From Ptychomitrium polyphyllum (lineage: Eukaryota): a stretch of DNA of 64,000 bases. Location: assembly GCA_973851085.1 (NCBI GenBank), contig OZ316775.1:18848001-18912000 (forward strand), read 5' to 3'. The position numbers were made by a program, and so were the translations under genes. Positions 1-14,165 of the stretch are shown here, piece after piece. Below the pieces are notes generated by a model that was given only the letters and a program-made list of their open reading frames with translations, did not search any database and was not told where the DNA came from. Each line of letters begins with the position of its first letter. The stretch's first letter is position 1.

Positions 1-1120
1 TCTGAAGACGGCGCACACCATTGTTGGGATGGAATTCAAGGGCCATGAAAGTATTAATTGGATCCTTGAGGACATCAAAAGGCACACATCAGGCTTCTCT
101 ACCATTGCATTGTCAATACAACGTTGGCAATTGAAGGATTTTGAGCACTTTCACAAGCTCAAAATTCTCTAGTAAACAAGCTTGATTTGGAGAGAGAAGA
201 CTTAACTCGTAGGCCAGCATGCAAATGGATTGTCAGGTTCATTGGTCAGTTAAGTTATTTGATTCTACCAAAACAAATTATTATTTAAGATATAACATAC
301 ATATGTTTAACTTAGGAGTAACTTCAAGTTGTTAGTCAATAAAAAATTGGTTCTTTCATGGAATTTTGAACGCAAATTTTATACATTGCTAAAATTCATT
401 TGATGCAAACTAAAATCAGTTAAATTTGAATTGAGTATTATAATGCTCATTGCTCATTATGTACTGTTTTATAGCGCTTGGTAAATGGAATGTAAAAGGA
501 AGTTTTGGATTTTTCCATTGTGAGACAATTCTCTCTAAGGTCTCACAGTGCGAAAACGGAAAGTGGACAAAATAATACTATGATATCATATAATATTTTG
601 TAACTTCGCACGCTTCCGAGCTCGATGTTGGCTGGCATCCTCGACAACGCTAGCTCCGGTGCTCCTTAACGGCAGACACGTGAGAGCTCTATCTGGACTG
701 GAGATTGAGCATCAAAGCGCCACGAAAAGCGAACAACAACATGGTGACTTATGCAGGCATTGCCAAGTTGTGGAACTCGTTCAGGTAGCAACACTTCTAC
801 AGCTCTTGTGAGTAAAAACCAAAAGTGGATCGACCGAACGCTAAAGCACCCGCCATCTGTAGCTTACACAGAGCACAGCACTGTACTCACCTCTGAGTTG
901 CTGAAAGTGGAATCTGGGTAGAATCTTCGACCATCACATCACAGTCAAAGCATTGGCCTTGTCTGTCGGAAGTGGGTGGTGTGCACTGATCATGAGATGG
1001 GCACCATACCAGCACGAGCTGCAGCAGCCACCGAGCCGCATCCTCCTCACTGGACAAGACTTGGAGCCTTCTGAGCTTCTTTGGAGTGCCTTCCTGTAAA
1101 TTGTAATTTTTTGTGTAGGG

Positions 1121-1159
1121 TACATATCTAAGCAGTGCTTTCTACTGCTTAGATATGTA
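1121..1159. repeat. Perfect 16-bp inverted repeat with 7-nt loop
   Basis: TACATATCTAAGCAGT (1121-1136) and its reverse complement ACTGCTTAGATATGTA (1144-1159). Confidence 0.9.
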
Positions 1160-2126
1160 GCAAGGAAAATGTGGAGGGGAAGGGGCTATCAAGAGGAATC
1201 AGCAATTAAGCATTATGAAGGCATTGTAGGATGGTGGAAAAATGATTTGTTTAAAGGTACATGTACGTTGTATACAAATCAATTGACTTATGGATATCCT
1301 TGGGAAAAAATATGATTTGTCATTGAAAAAGAAAGATAGGGATATATTGCTGGAGGCATAGGAAGTGAAAGGCCTAAAGAATGTAATGTGCAAAATAAGA
1401 CCAGATTGTTAAATTGAAAAGACGTTAATTTGAGGGAGAGTGGAGGTTCTTGCATATGTGTATGGAGGCAGCTTATGGAAGTGGAAGATACTAAGATAGA
1501 AAGAAGACTATAGACCAAGAGGAAGTCATGCTACTAAAAGTGAATATTTGGCATTCTTAAAGATTAATGCTTTGAATAATTTGCATGGGGATTAAAACTA
1601 TTAGATTGACAAGGGAGTTTAAAGCATTGATCCTACTAGATGTGACTTTAATGTGCACCTACTGGACAATGTCTATCCAAGAAGATTTGAAATACAAAAA
1701 CCAATTCAAAACACTATATGGTTATCAAATATTAGGATCAATACCTATCAGGCATAAAATCTAGAAGGAAAGTTGAGAAGTATAAAAATAAAACTAAAGA
1801 AATCCTTGACTAGAATCAAAGACTTTAATAAGAACAATGAGAAAGGCAATTTAGTCTCAAAAAGAATTCCTATTGCTAAAAGATTGCAACTTGAAAATTA
1901 AAAATGTATATTCTTTCCTAATTGAAGATTTTAAATATAGGTTTGAAGTTCAAAATTATATTATTTTGGATTATGTCTATCATTTGGATGAATAATACTA
2001 ATGACTATCACCTAATAGTAATGGATGGAAAATTTGGTAATATTGAATGGTAGACTGAGGGCAATGATATGGATTTTTGCAAATGAATTTATTATTGAAA
2101 GCAATGTCTACAAAGATTACACTAAA

Positions 2127-2203
2127 TACAATCATTTGTTTGGACAAGTGTGTAACAATCTACAATCATTTGTTTGGACAAGTGTGTAACAATCTACAAT
2201 CAT
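2127..2203. repeat. 34-bp tandem duplication (~2.3 copies)
   Basis: TACAATCATTTGTTTGGACAAGTGTGTAACAATC starts at 2127 and 2161, with a partial copy at 2195. Confidence 0.9.
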
Positions 2204-3975
2204 CTTTTAAAGTATCAAGAGGCCTTTACAAAAGATATATTATAGCCAACTTGCATCTAATATGGACTATTCAAGTGACAACCAACTCTTGCATCTATTG
2301 AAAGAGGCTAATTTTTGTAAAGATTTAATATTTTTGTTTAGTGTATGAACAACAAAAATACAAATCTTTTATATGGAATGGAACAAACTAAGTAGATTGA
2401 AATGGAGAGTAAAAGAGACTCAATCTAAGAAGTAGTTGCATATTAATTCTATCATCACAGTACAAAAGCTTAGAAATAAAAAAGATTCAACATAAATCTA
2501 TAAAAGCATTGCAAATATTGTTATTTAATAGTGATATGGTTGTATTTGGTGTATTTTGGAATTATGCACTTTTGTAAATACAACATAATATTTTTATAGC
2601 GTGATTTAACATGCACTTGCCTAAATTTTGAAGATGTGGTGTTTATAGCATTGTTTGATTTGCAATCATGAACAAAATAGGTTTTAATATGCTACCTTAA
2701 GTGTTATGTTCAATATTATCCATTTACAAAAAAATGATTATTTCTGTACATTTGAGCTTTAAGCTTACATGGAATGTTTAGAGTACTCTTAGTGCTAATA
2801 TAGTCCACAATTTTAATTAAATGAATGAAAAAATTTCTATAGAAAATGCTCAATTGCCTATGCATAATGTTTTATGGTATAATCAATGAATGTAGATGAA
2901 GGACTAATGAACCACATTGCAAGGTTTTACGTTAGAAGAAGAAAACAAGCATTATGTCAATGATTACCTAAATTGGTTTTTCAAGTTTTACATACCATAC
3001 ATCCAAACAATGGCGTCATCATAAACGCTAATAGAAACAAATAAATATAAGGCAAGGAGCAACTTTAAATGGATAAGCTTAGCAATTGACAAGGCACTTG
3101 TCATATGACTTCAAGTTGATGACATTGCATTTAACTAAAAGTTTGCTTCATCTGGGTATTTTTGCGCCTAAGATTATTTTGGAACTTCAAAATTTTGTAT
3201 AGTGTAAAATATGGTATTGTTTGTAGTTAATGTTCATAATTCATAAAAAGTATTTTTTTTCATATTTCAAACATTAAAGCAAAAACCATAAGTACCAAAA
3301 TATAACGTAAGCATCATTTTAGCAAAAACTTAATACAAGTACTTTAAATGTTGAAAATTTTGGAAGTCCACTTTCTTGAATACTAAAGTATATGATATAT
3401 TAGAATAAATTGCTTTATTTATATAAGCTTCTATACACAGATAAATTCTTCTATTAAGTTTTTTATTGCACATATCATTCAATTGACATATGTATAATTA
3501 CAACAATCTTGTTACTATACTCTAATGTTGGTGATGACATGCATGTGTTGTAGTTAGACAAGAAAACTAGCCAGGTTGTTTGGTTTCACTTTTGGATAGG
3601 AAGCAGTAAGGACTTGAATAGTTTCAGGATTCAGTTGAGATTGATCAAAACTAAAATATTACAATTCCATTCCTTATCAATGAAAAGCCATTCAAAAAAA
3701 TTTCCAATGTGCTTGATAAATTTGCACCATTAGCCTTAGTTATAATTGGTTTAGAGGTGGTGCAAGCTAAGGCTCAAGCTGATGCCGGACTAGCAGCTTG
3801 TGCTAATGAAGATGACACTGTACCAATGCAATTGAAGATTCAAATAAAATCACAAAACTAAGTCTAATTACTAGTCCTTTCCTGTTCTAGAAAAGGTTCT
3901 AACTACCAAATAATGGTATGGCATAATCTCTAACAATGTTCTTGGATCACATGTTTAGATGAGCAACTGAGGTGG

Positions 3976-6900
3976 TGTCACGGACATCGATCATGCAACG
4001 TAGTCCTTAGAACATTCTAAAACCTTCTAATATATTATAATAGTTTCTTAGAATACTCTTAGATATCTCCATAGTCTTTCCATGTTCTTGGGAAGCTTCC
4101 TAGGAAAGTTTTCCCACTTTAGAAAATTCCCTAGGAAGGTTCCATTATCTTAGGAAACTTCATCTTGAATCCTGCCTTATTCTAGTCTTTCTATCAAGTT
4201 CTTGTTAATCATTAGCTCTTTGGAAGCTAATTCTTGGAAAACACTTTGTTTCTGCTTCTTGTTTCTTATGTCCCTAACAGTTTGGCAAGACTATTTTTCA
4301 TCTTTGTCAGAACTAAGATTCTTTGAAGAAGATTGTGGATTACTCATCTTTTTTAGGATTCCATAGCGTCTTAGAGGTTGCGGATTACCCTCTTCTAAGC
4401 TGGAACCATAGAGTTGGTTTCTCCTTCTAGAACTAAGTATTACTTCTTTCAAAAGACGTGGATTTTCCTCTTTTGAAAGTACTCATAGTCTTTCTGTCTT
4501 TGAGAGTCTTAAGGAATGGATAACGTGCCTGGAACATCAGAGAATAGGTTTGCAACTATTGCAGACCTCTAAGAGTTATTAAACACAGTTTGAACGGAAC
4601 TTGCCCATTTTAACACCACCAACAATTTGGAGCAACATACTCGGCAAGCTGAAGAATCCAATGGTGATATTAAAAGCCTATATCAAGAGGTTGTTCAATT
4701 GCAAGAGGTCAATTATGGAAGGGAAGGCTTACGTCGAACCCATGCAGAGCCAAAGATTAGCATGCCAGACAAGTTCGATAGATCAAGATCAAAATTGAGA
4801 GGCTTTGTTCAACAAGTAAGGCTCTTCCTTAGTTTGCATCAATTTTGCTATCCTGATGGCACAACTCAAGTGGAATTTGTGGCCACTCTTTTATCAAACA
4901 ATGCACTATTGTGGTTTACACTACTAATGGAGAAGCAGTCACCATTATTGAATAATTTAGATGTTTTTATAGAAGCATTGACATCTACTTTTGGAGACAT
5001 TGACCGAGAGAGGGTGCCTGAAACAAGGATTCAGAGTCTCCAACAAGGACAGCGCTCAGCTGCTACATATGTTGCAGAGTTTTGATAATTAGCTTGCGAC
5101 CTTGATTGGAATGATAAGGCCTTAGTCACACGATTCCGATGGGGCTTAAGAGAGAATGTAAAGGACTTGCTACTCACAATGCCAAGAGTTGAAACATTGG
5201 ACAAATTCATCATTCAAGCAATAGTATGTGACAATAGACCATTTGAGAGGCGCCAAGAACAACGCTTGGAATGGCGACCAGTACATCAAAGCATGGCTAC
5301 CACTTCTTCAAGAATATTGGAAAATCGACCACAAGGACCAGAACCTATGCAAATTGATGCTGCCCAATTCAGACGTTTGACTCCAAAAGAAAAAGAAAGG
5401 CGTCGAAGAGAAAACCTATGTTTGTATTGTGGCAAGTTTGGACATAAAGTGCGCAATTGCCAAATCAAAGGATCTACCTTTAAGGCTCAAAGCACAATGG
5501 TAGAGTTGGAAAACGAGGCTGTCTAGTCACAATAGGGACCATGCAACTAGACACCACAAGGAACGACCATCAAATCAAGGTCTCTTACTACCTTCAAGCC
5601 CTACCTCTTATTTTACATTTCCTATCAAAATTAAATTATTAGATGATGAAATAATTAGTGAGGCTCTTTTAAACACTAGTGCAACGACATGTTTTATGGA
5701 CAAGGATTTTGCAACCAAACATCACATGGTGCTTGTGAACAAAAAATACCCCGCACCTGTTGAAGTTATTGATGGACGATCTCTTGCGTCTGGCAACGTT
5801 ATTGAAGAAACTCAACCCTTGGAGGTTGTTTTAGGAGACCAGGCATCTAAGATTGTCTTCAACATCATTCAATGCCAAACGAATCCTATTGTTTTGGGCC
5901 TTCCTTGGTTTAAATTACATAATCCAGACATTGACTGGCGATCACGGAGTGTGGTTTCAAGGAAAAGACGCCAAGATACGAGAAATCTTCGACCATCATT
6001 TATTGGAGCTAAGGCATTTATGAGAGCGGCAAAGGATGAACCAATCTATGCCATTTATGCCACGCCAATGTTCAGCTCTATAATAGAGACTAATCAAAAC
6101 ATACCTCGTCAATATTAAGATTATAAAGACGTTTTTTAAAAGAAGAATGCGGACATGTTACCAAAGCACCGGCCTTACAATTGTACCATTGAATTGCAAG
6201 AAGGAGCCCAACCACCTTTTGAACCTATTTATAACTTATCACAAACTGAATTGGCTACCTTAAGAAAATATATTGATGAAAATCTTGGAAAAGGTTTCAT
6301 TCAACACTCTAAATCACCTGCTGGAGCACCCATTCTATTTGTAAAGAAGAAAGATGGATCATTACGTATGTGCATGGACTATCGAGGCCTCAATAAAGTA
6401 ACAAAAAAGAATTGCTATCCATTACCATTAATCTCAAGACTCCTACAACAACTTGGCCAAGCAAAGATATTCACCAAAATTGATCTTAGAGGAGCCTACA
6501 ATCTTGTACGCATCAAAGAATGAGACGAATGGAAGACAGCTTTTCGATCTAGGTATGGTCATTTTGAATATAATGTCATGTCTTTTGGACTTACAAATGC
6601 CCCCGCAGTCTTCCAACATATGATGAATGATATCTTCCATGAACATTTGGACAATTTTATAGTCACCTACTTAGATGACATTCTGATATATTCAAAGGAT
6701 GAATAAGACCACGAATGTCATGTGCGACGAGTCTTAGAAAAACTACGCCAGCGAGGATTATATGCCAAATTGGAGAAGTGCCTTTTCTATGAATCCTCGG
6801 TTGAATTTTTAGACTACATCATTTCCAAAGGAGGAATCCATATGGATAGGAAAAAAATAAACATTGTCATGGAATGGAATACGCGAAGATCAATTTGAGA

Positions 6901-8645
6901 TGTTCAATGCTTCTTGGAATTTGCAAACTTCTACAGAATATTCATCAATAATTATTCCAAAATTGCGGCACCATTAACACGTCTTACAGGGAAGCAAAAA
7001 TTCATTTGGGATGAAGAGGCGGAAAAAGCATTTCAAAGTCTTAAGAAGTCATTCACGTCGGCTCCAATTCTTATTCACCCAAATCCATCAAAGCCTTTCT
7101 ATTTGGAAGCGCATGCCTCAGATTTTGCGCTTGGCTTAGTACTCTCACAATATGATGAAGACGGGAAACTTCACCCTCTTGCCTTTTGTTCAAGGAAGTT
7201 CTCAACGGCAGAGATCAACTATGATATATATGATAAAGAACTACTTACAATTGTAGATGCGTTTGAAGAATGGCGATACTTATTGGAAGGAGCTCAACAT
7301 ACGATCATGATATACACAGACTACAAGAACTTAGAGTATTTCATGAGCAAGCGCGTTTTGAATTGTCGTTAAGCAAGGTGGAGTATGTTGCTTTCCAGAT
7401 TTGACTTTGTCATTACCTATTGATCTGGTAGCTCGCAAGGTAAGTCAGATGCCTTATCTCAAAGATCTTATTTAGCTAGTCAACCTGGAGATGATGTTTT
7501 GAATCAACAAAGGACTATTTTATTGAAGCCTAAGAATCTTCAATTGAGAGCAGCATTTATTACGACAACATCCCATCTTGACAAAATTCGGAAGGCTTTG
7601 AAGAATGACGTCTTTGTTGCAAATATAAAGAAGCACCTCAAAGACAATGGAAATCCTTCAAATAGCGATGAGGACTTTGAAATCCAAGAAGGCCTACTTT
7701 ATTATAAAGGACTTTTGTACCTATTTCCAGGCCCTTTGCGATTGAAGATCCTTCAAGCACGTCATGATTTTCTAGCAGCAGGACATTTTGGATTCAATAA
7801 AACAATGGAGTTGATTGCTAGAGATTATTGGTGGCCACAAATGTGGAAGTATGTAAAGGACTTTGTTCGATCATGCGACACTTGTGCAAGAGCCAAGGTA
7901 CCAAGACAAAAACGTCATGGTCTCCTCCATCTGCTTCTAGTGCCAAAGGGCCTATGGTTGTCTTTATCAATGGATTTTATCACGGACCTTCCAAATTCCG
8001 AATCTAAGGATTATATTTTGGTAGTAGTAGATTGATTTCCCAAAATGGCACATTTCATTCCATGCAACAAGACGGTAACAAGAGAAGAAACTGCCAAGTT
8101 GTTCCTAAATCACGTCTACCGCATACATGGATTACCAGATAATATTGTATCCGATCAGGGGCAGCAATTCGTTTCCAACTTTTGGAAGGCTCTATTCTAG
8201 CTGTTGCGTGTAAAGATCAATTTTTCTTCAGCACATCATCCGTAAACTGATGGCAAACCGAACGTGTGAATCAAATTTTGGAACAGTACCTTTGTTGTAG
8301 CATAAATTACTAACAAGACAACTGGATGGACCTCTTGCCTTTGGCAAAATTTGCTTATAACAATACGGTGCATTCTTCAACAACTCAAAGTCCATTCTTT
8401 GCAAACTGTAGACATCATCCTTGAACAGATCCATTTCAAGTGAAGCATGTTGGAAGTCCTGCAGCGGAGGATTTTGCAATTCAACTTGCTAAAATCCATC
8501 AAGAAATTACTTTCCACTTACAACAAGCTCAAGATCGTTACAAAACTTATGCAGATCGCCATCGAAAGGACCATCCAAAGTTCAAGGTTGGAGATAGCGT
8601 ATGGCTCCTACGACGAAATATACAAACAAAAAGACCATCAAAGAA
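3976..8645 (+). mobile_element. Decayed, 3'-truncated Ty3/gypsy LTR retrotransposon (Tf2/Tcn1/sushi-like gag-pol)
   Basis: Probable LTR start TGTCACGGAC at 3976. Gag (EPKISMPDKFD..., zinc knuckle CLYCGKFGHKVRNC) at 4627-5526, protease ~5640-6118, RT ([24 protein letters not shown] at ~6668), RNase H 6914-7372, integrase (GHFG...CDTC, SMDFITDLP) 7499-8640. Many stops and frameshifts; no 3' LTR. Confidence 0.9.
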
Positions 8646-9267
8646 GTTCATCCTCTGCAGTTCCTCCAAGATTGTCCTTCTTCTGGAACTATTGGGCAAG
8701 TTTCTTCAAGTCTGCCAAGTTGTTAAGTTCCAGCTGGTTGATGATACTGGGCACGATGTCTTGGAGCTTCTTTGTCTGGAAAGGCCCGCTTACCACCTAT
8801 GAATTTGCAGCAATAGAAGCTTGCACTATACAAACGCACATTGATGAAAAATTGGACATGAGCGCTACAGATGACATTTTTGGAACATTACAAAAATAAA
8901 TGAATTGCACAAAAAATTATACCTTTGGGATTAACAAAATGGATGACAAATTCATCCTAGAAAATGTTGACCTCTTTAATTCCCGAGATGGTGTTCACTT
9001 TGAGTTGCTTCAAAGTGCTCTACAACTTTTTGTCGTCGGTGGTGTTCGATTTGTGTACGGCTTTCTTTTGTCTGTGAACCCAATGAAATTTAGTGCGGCT
9101 GGATAAAATGGATACACAACACTGTGTGATATGATATGTAGACCTCCTAGCTTCACAAAAGAACGTCTTCCACAAATACTAACGCACCAACATATTAACC
9201 TCCTAACATTGCCCTTGCCACTAGTACGCACGACAATGGCCATCTTCATCAGTTTCTTTCTATTCAT
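8640..9267 (-). pseudogene. BTF3: BTF3 / nascent polypeptide-associated complex beta pseudogene, introns retained
   Basis: Exon 1 MNRKKLMKMAIVVRTSGKGNVR (9267-9200). Exon 2 KAVHKSNTTDDKKL*STLK...EVNIF*DEFVIHFVNPK (~9071-8923). Exon 3 VQASIAANS*VVSGPFQTKKLQDIVPSIINQL...LKKLAQ*FQK. Matches the plant BTF3 consensus as I recall it, with in-frame stops; the 3' end abuts the gypsy integrase. Confidence 0.9.
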
Positions 9268-11652
9268 CTCCTTTCAAAACCCATTCATTTCAATCAAACG
9301 CAACATATAATTAACTCCAAGACTCAGAAACAAGACATCTCTCTAGCGCATAATAACATCTGCTCAACATTGTCCACAATCCTGTACACAACCGAGTTCA
9401 ACAGAACAATGATTCCTAAACAGACTCCACAATTTGGAAATGTTATCTTCAAATTTTAGCAAGCGTTAAGAGCAGCACACGCTATCCAGGTTCCCATAGC
9501 ATATGTACTAGCACTACTCCAACAGACTCTTGATTTTTGGTCTCTGTCCACAGCTCTTCTTCTTCTAGTAACCAAAAGACAATTCAAACCAACAAAACGG
9601 CGCCACAAATCCCCTCCATTGCTTCATGGAATAGGAAACATGAGCTTGTTAAGCTTTAAAATCCCAATAAGATGCCAAGCACATTAAAACTCTATTGCCA
9701 CAACAAAATGTTGGGCTGTTGCCTTGAGTTCCACCACCGGTTTTCCGCGTCTGCGTCTGTGTCTGCAGGAGTGCTCGTGCTTGGTTGCCCATTTTTTGTG
9801 GGGCCCATATACGACTTTCCTTTCGGTTACAAGATAAGTGCTGACGTGGCAGTATATGAGCCCATTATGGTGTAGCCAGGTATTTTTATATTCGTTTCTA
9901 TTTTGGGTAGAATTTCTCATCATCTATGCAAATTCACCATTTTATGTGAAATTAGTGGTTTCATATAATTTTCAAATTTTTTTTTGGAACAATATGGTTT
10001 TCTCGTCTATTTCTTCTTTTTATTGCAAAAAAAGGATATAAATGATTTTATTGCTTAAAAGATTAGACCTATGGCACTCTATGTGGTAATATTTTATTTT
10101 CAAAATTGAATCTAAGAATTTATTCATGATATAGTAATAGTAAACTACAAGATGTAGATTTTGAAAGCAAAGATATAAAGAAGAAGAATGTATGAAAGAA
10201 TTAAAAAATAGTAACCAATTTTATTTTTATATGGAACATTACTTTCAATTTTTTATTTATTTATTAAAAATGATTTTGAATGCAAGGAAAGAATAAAAAA
10301 ACTTCATGAAGGAATTGAAAAATAATGATGTCATTAGAATTTTTTCTTTTAATATAGAATTGTAATATTTCAATTTCTTAAATAAATTTTTTGAATGTAT
10401 ATTGATAGTGCATATTTTTAAAAGAAGTTAAGTTGGAGTTTAATAAAAAGAAATGATGGAAGTAGAGTAGGTAGAACTTAGAAGCAAACTCAAATAATAG
10501 TTCATTTTGAATATTCAAAAGATTTTGAAGAATTTGGATTTTAATTGAGTTTGATGCTTTGAATTTACAAGCATTATTTATAAAGCTTCCAAATATCTTT
10601 TCAAAAATTATAGTATAATCTTTCAAAGGTTTAAATTTTTATTCAAAAACATATTTAAATAAAGATAGAAAAAATCTTTGAGGATGTATATGCATTACAT
10701 CTAAACTCATATGTGCTTGCATTCATTTCCACATGCCTTTATTACTATTTGTTATTGACTTTCTACATATTAAGACGAAGGTGAATTATTTTAATTGTTG
10801 AAAAATGATATATAAATTTATTAAAATACATCTTGTAATTTATCACCTTTATTACCTTTACCTGTAAAAAATTCGCACCAGAAATAGGTGCCCATTAGTG
10901 TTTCTACAAGTTTCAAATTTAAAGTGTGAAGTATTAAGAAACATTTTTCAAAGCTTAAAAGTGTGTATTTATTTGCAATCCATATACATCTTTTCTGAAT
11001 TTGAGAAAAAAACGTAAAATGAGTTCTTAAGGAAATCAGGTGTAAAAGATTGCTGTATCAACTTTAGTCAAATTCTATGCAAATGAATTCCTTTTAATTG
11101 AAGAGATTGCTCATCGTTACAAGAAATACAATTCTTTAGAAGAAATCTTGCTAAATCTGAAGATACCGAAGCCCATAGTAACTCCAAGGCACAGTAATTG
11201 CACGTTTATGTGTAGTGGTATGGTTCAGAGATGTGAAACCGAAACCGTGCTTGCTTGCAGAACCAGTGCATTGTTGTTGCCAGTTGCAACTGTTGCACCA
11301 GACAATGTATCTACGCTATTAGAGTTCAACTTGTGAGGTGCAAGTCAATCCAGTAAACCCATGTTGCAATTCAAAGAACCAAAATGTTTAGAGAAGGGTG
11401 CATACAGCACAAAGAATGTATGGGCACTCACGTGGGTCCTCAACAATTGTGGATGGCACAGTGAGGTTGCCACCTGGGCATCGACCCCAAAGTATGAAAG
11501 GTAAGTAACTTCAAACAAGCTACTTCCATTTAAGGTCAAGTTTCCTTCAAGCCTCCAAGGTCAAGACTTCTGCAACTGCTGCATGCCACGTGATATCTTC
11601 AAATTTTCGTAGGCATGTGCTCAGCTTACAACATCAAACATCAATGCCTGAA

Positions 11653-14165
11653 TTACAGCCCAGCGTTCGTCCGTTCCTCTCGAATCATACTTTCAATGAA
11701 GAATTCTCCAGCTCGATAGGAAGATCGGACCTACAGGGAATGAGATCAGCTTAAGAAGCAAGATAAATCTGTGCAAATAATACGAATGAAGTCATAAGTG
11801 CTCACATAGCGTGATACTGACAATCTGGATCCATACAAGAAGCATGACAACCTCTAAATTAGTTTGAAGAGAGACGAAAGAAATAACCTGCCCCGACTCA
11901 AATGAAACCAATTAAATCAAGTTCAAAACACCAAATGATTGACTTCATTATACTTTCAGAAAAACTGCTTGCCGTTGATGTCAAACGCATGGACTCAACG
12001 CTGTTTCTCTAGGTCATCAGGATAAAGCAGAAACGATTACACAAAAAACTGACTTCAAAATAAGTATTGATAACAAGAAATAACTTACCAGAGGGCCACT
12101 TGCAACGTATCTGAAACCAATAGACTCGCCATACTGCTTCCAATATTCGAACTTCTCAGGTGTCACATATTCCTTTACTGTAAGGTGGAGAGGTGTCGGC
12201 TGTCCAGGTGAAATTAGAAAAAGTTAGACTAAAGATATTGCCTGGATATCCAGCTATCAGCTAAAAGAAGACACAGAACAACTAAGATTCATCTAAATGA
12301 TCAAAATGCTTAGTGATGACACCTTAATTAAACTATCAAACTTCAATCACCTCACCTGTAAGTACTGGCCTAAAGTGAATATATCCAATCCAACATCACG
12401 AAGATCCAGCATGGTTTGCTTAATTTCTTCATCACGCTCGCCCAGACCTAGCATTATCGACGACTTCGTCACCATCCCCTTCACAGTCTTCGCATGCTTT
12501 AACACTGCCATACTCTGGTCGTAGCTGCAAACCATTACATCGTTTTAAAAAAAAAGGGCCCGTATGAAGAGGTGTCTCAAGGTGAAAGACACTAGTTCCT
12601 TGGAATTGAAACACCAAAATAGCCCTGAAAACTGCACGAAAGATGACGTACCCAGCTCGGGGATCTCGAACAATCCGTTGTAAGCGCTTGACTGTCTCAA
12701 TATTATGAGCATAGACATCCAGTCCCGAACTAGCCAGATGGTGGACGGCGTCCAAATCACCTCTAAAATCAGATACTAGACACTCTACTAATATATCTGG
12801 CTTCAACGTCTGCAACTCAAGTCCACATCCACCGGCAGATAAGCTTCATGAAAAGATAAAGCACCACTTTGCAACGAAAGACGTTTCAGACATAGTCCTA
12901 TTCTGAAACGAAGATCAGTATGGAATCAGGAGCACTCTGAGAATAAGTAGCTTACTGAATGTTCTGGCTACTTCTAAGCTCCTAACTCATGACCGTGCAC
13001 ATCAGAATTAAAAAAGCCAATTCCAAAACTGGCAGGCAGAATTATATAGTAATTGCTAGAAGACTTGAATGGAGGAAACGAACGAGCTCACCTTGAGGGC
13101 TATCACGGTTCGAGCAAAATGGTCACTTCCACCATCAGGCATATCATCTCTGTCCACGCTAGTTAACACTACATACCCAACACTGCACATTATTCCACAA
13201 ACACAAAGAATCATCAGGGCTAAGATTTTCCGCACAAGCAACGAAGTCCTTAAAGGCTATTGCGAACCATAAGCCCTAAACCAACCTCAGGTGCAACATG
13301 AATGAAACAAGAAAAAAATCCTTCACTAAAAGTCAGGCTCAGAAATGCCAGGCCCTTCTTCAACTCACGAAGAAGGAAAGATTAACCCAATTAAGTGTAC
13401 ATTGCAACATAAGGACGCATTGAAATTTGGAAGAGTTCTTGGATAGAATACCCCCAGCTACCGATAGCCTTTGCTGTATTTTCTGGTTCCATGGGATCTG
13501 CAGGCGCAGGATTCCTGCTAGTGGCAACTGCACAGAATCGGCATCCGCGAGTGCAAGTGTCGCCGAGCAGCATGATGGTGGCGGTCGCAATGCCATCTCC
13601 TTCTCCCCCTGCTCCTCCGCCACCGTTCCAGCACTGAACCACCAACCCATGACCAAATCCCCAAAACTCACTGCCGAGCTTTAGTAACCACTTCACATCA
13701 TGCAGCCTGCAGTCGCCCTTTTGAATCCCCAGTCCCTCCACACTGCCCATTGCCAATCCAGGAAGCAGAAAAACAACATAACCCTGCACACAAGCTCACC
13801 TCTCCAATGTTGGGGCACTGCGCTTCCTCGCAAACAGTGTTGAGCTTCAACGTGGTAATGCTCTCCTTCAGCTTCGCCAGCTTCTCCCCCTGCGGCGCCC
13901 GCTGCCGCAACCACGCAGGCTTCTTCACGTTCGGGTCTCGCCCTGTGTAAGGCCCCAAATTCCCAGCGCGAGCCGGCGTCTTCTCATCCATTAACACCGA
14001 AGACGCAACTTGAACCCCACCTCCCAACTTCTTCCCACTCAATCCCACTCGCCTCCGCATCCCATCCTCTCTGCGCAAGCAAAACCCGAACCATTCGGAA
14101 GACTTGAACTCCTTCGATCTCGCTACGTTTGCAACGAAACTGCTCCCCCCTGCTACCAACTCCAT
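11653..14165 (-). CDS. LIP1P: Lipoyl synthase, probably plastid-targeted; 7 exons, 384 aa
   Basis: Exons 14165-13800, 13633-13452, 13182-13092, 12809-12652, 12524-12356, 12199-12089, 11730-11653; GT-AG introns; total 1155 nt in frame. Motifs [12 protein letters not shown], radical-[34 protein letters not shown]-terminal extension before [12 protein letters not shown]. Confidence 0.95.

Noticed and set aside
1200..3900. Possible decayed DNA transposon in AT-rich DNA (also 63000-64000)
   Set aside because: No terminal repeats or transposase motifs that I can support.
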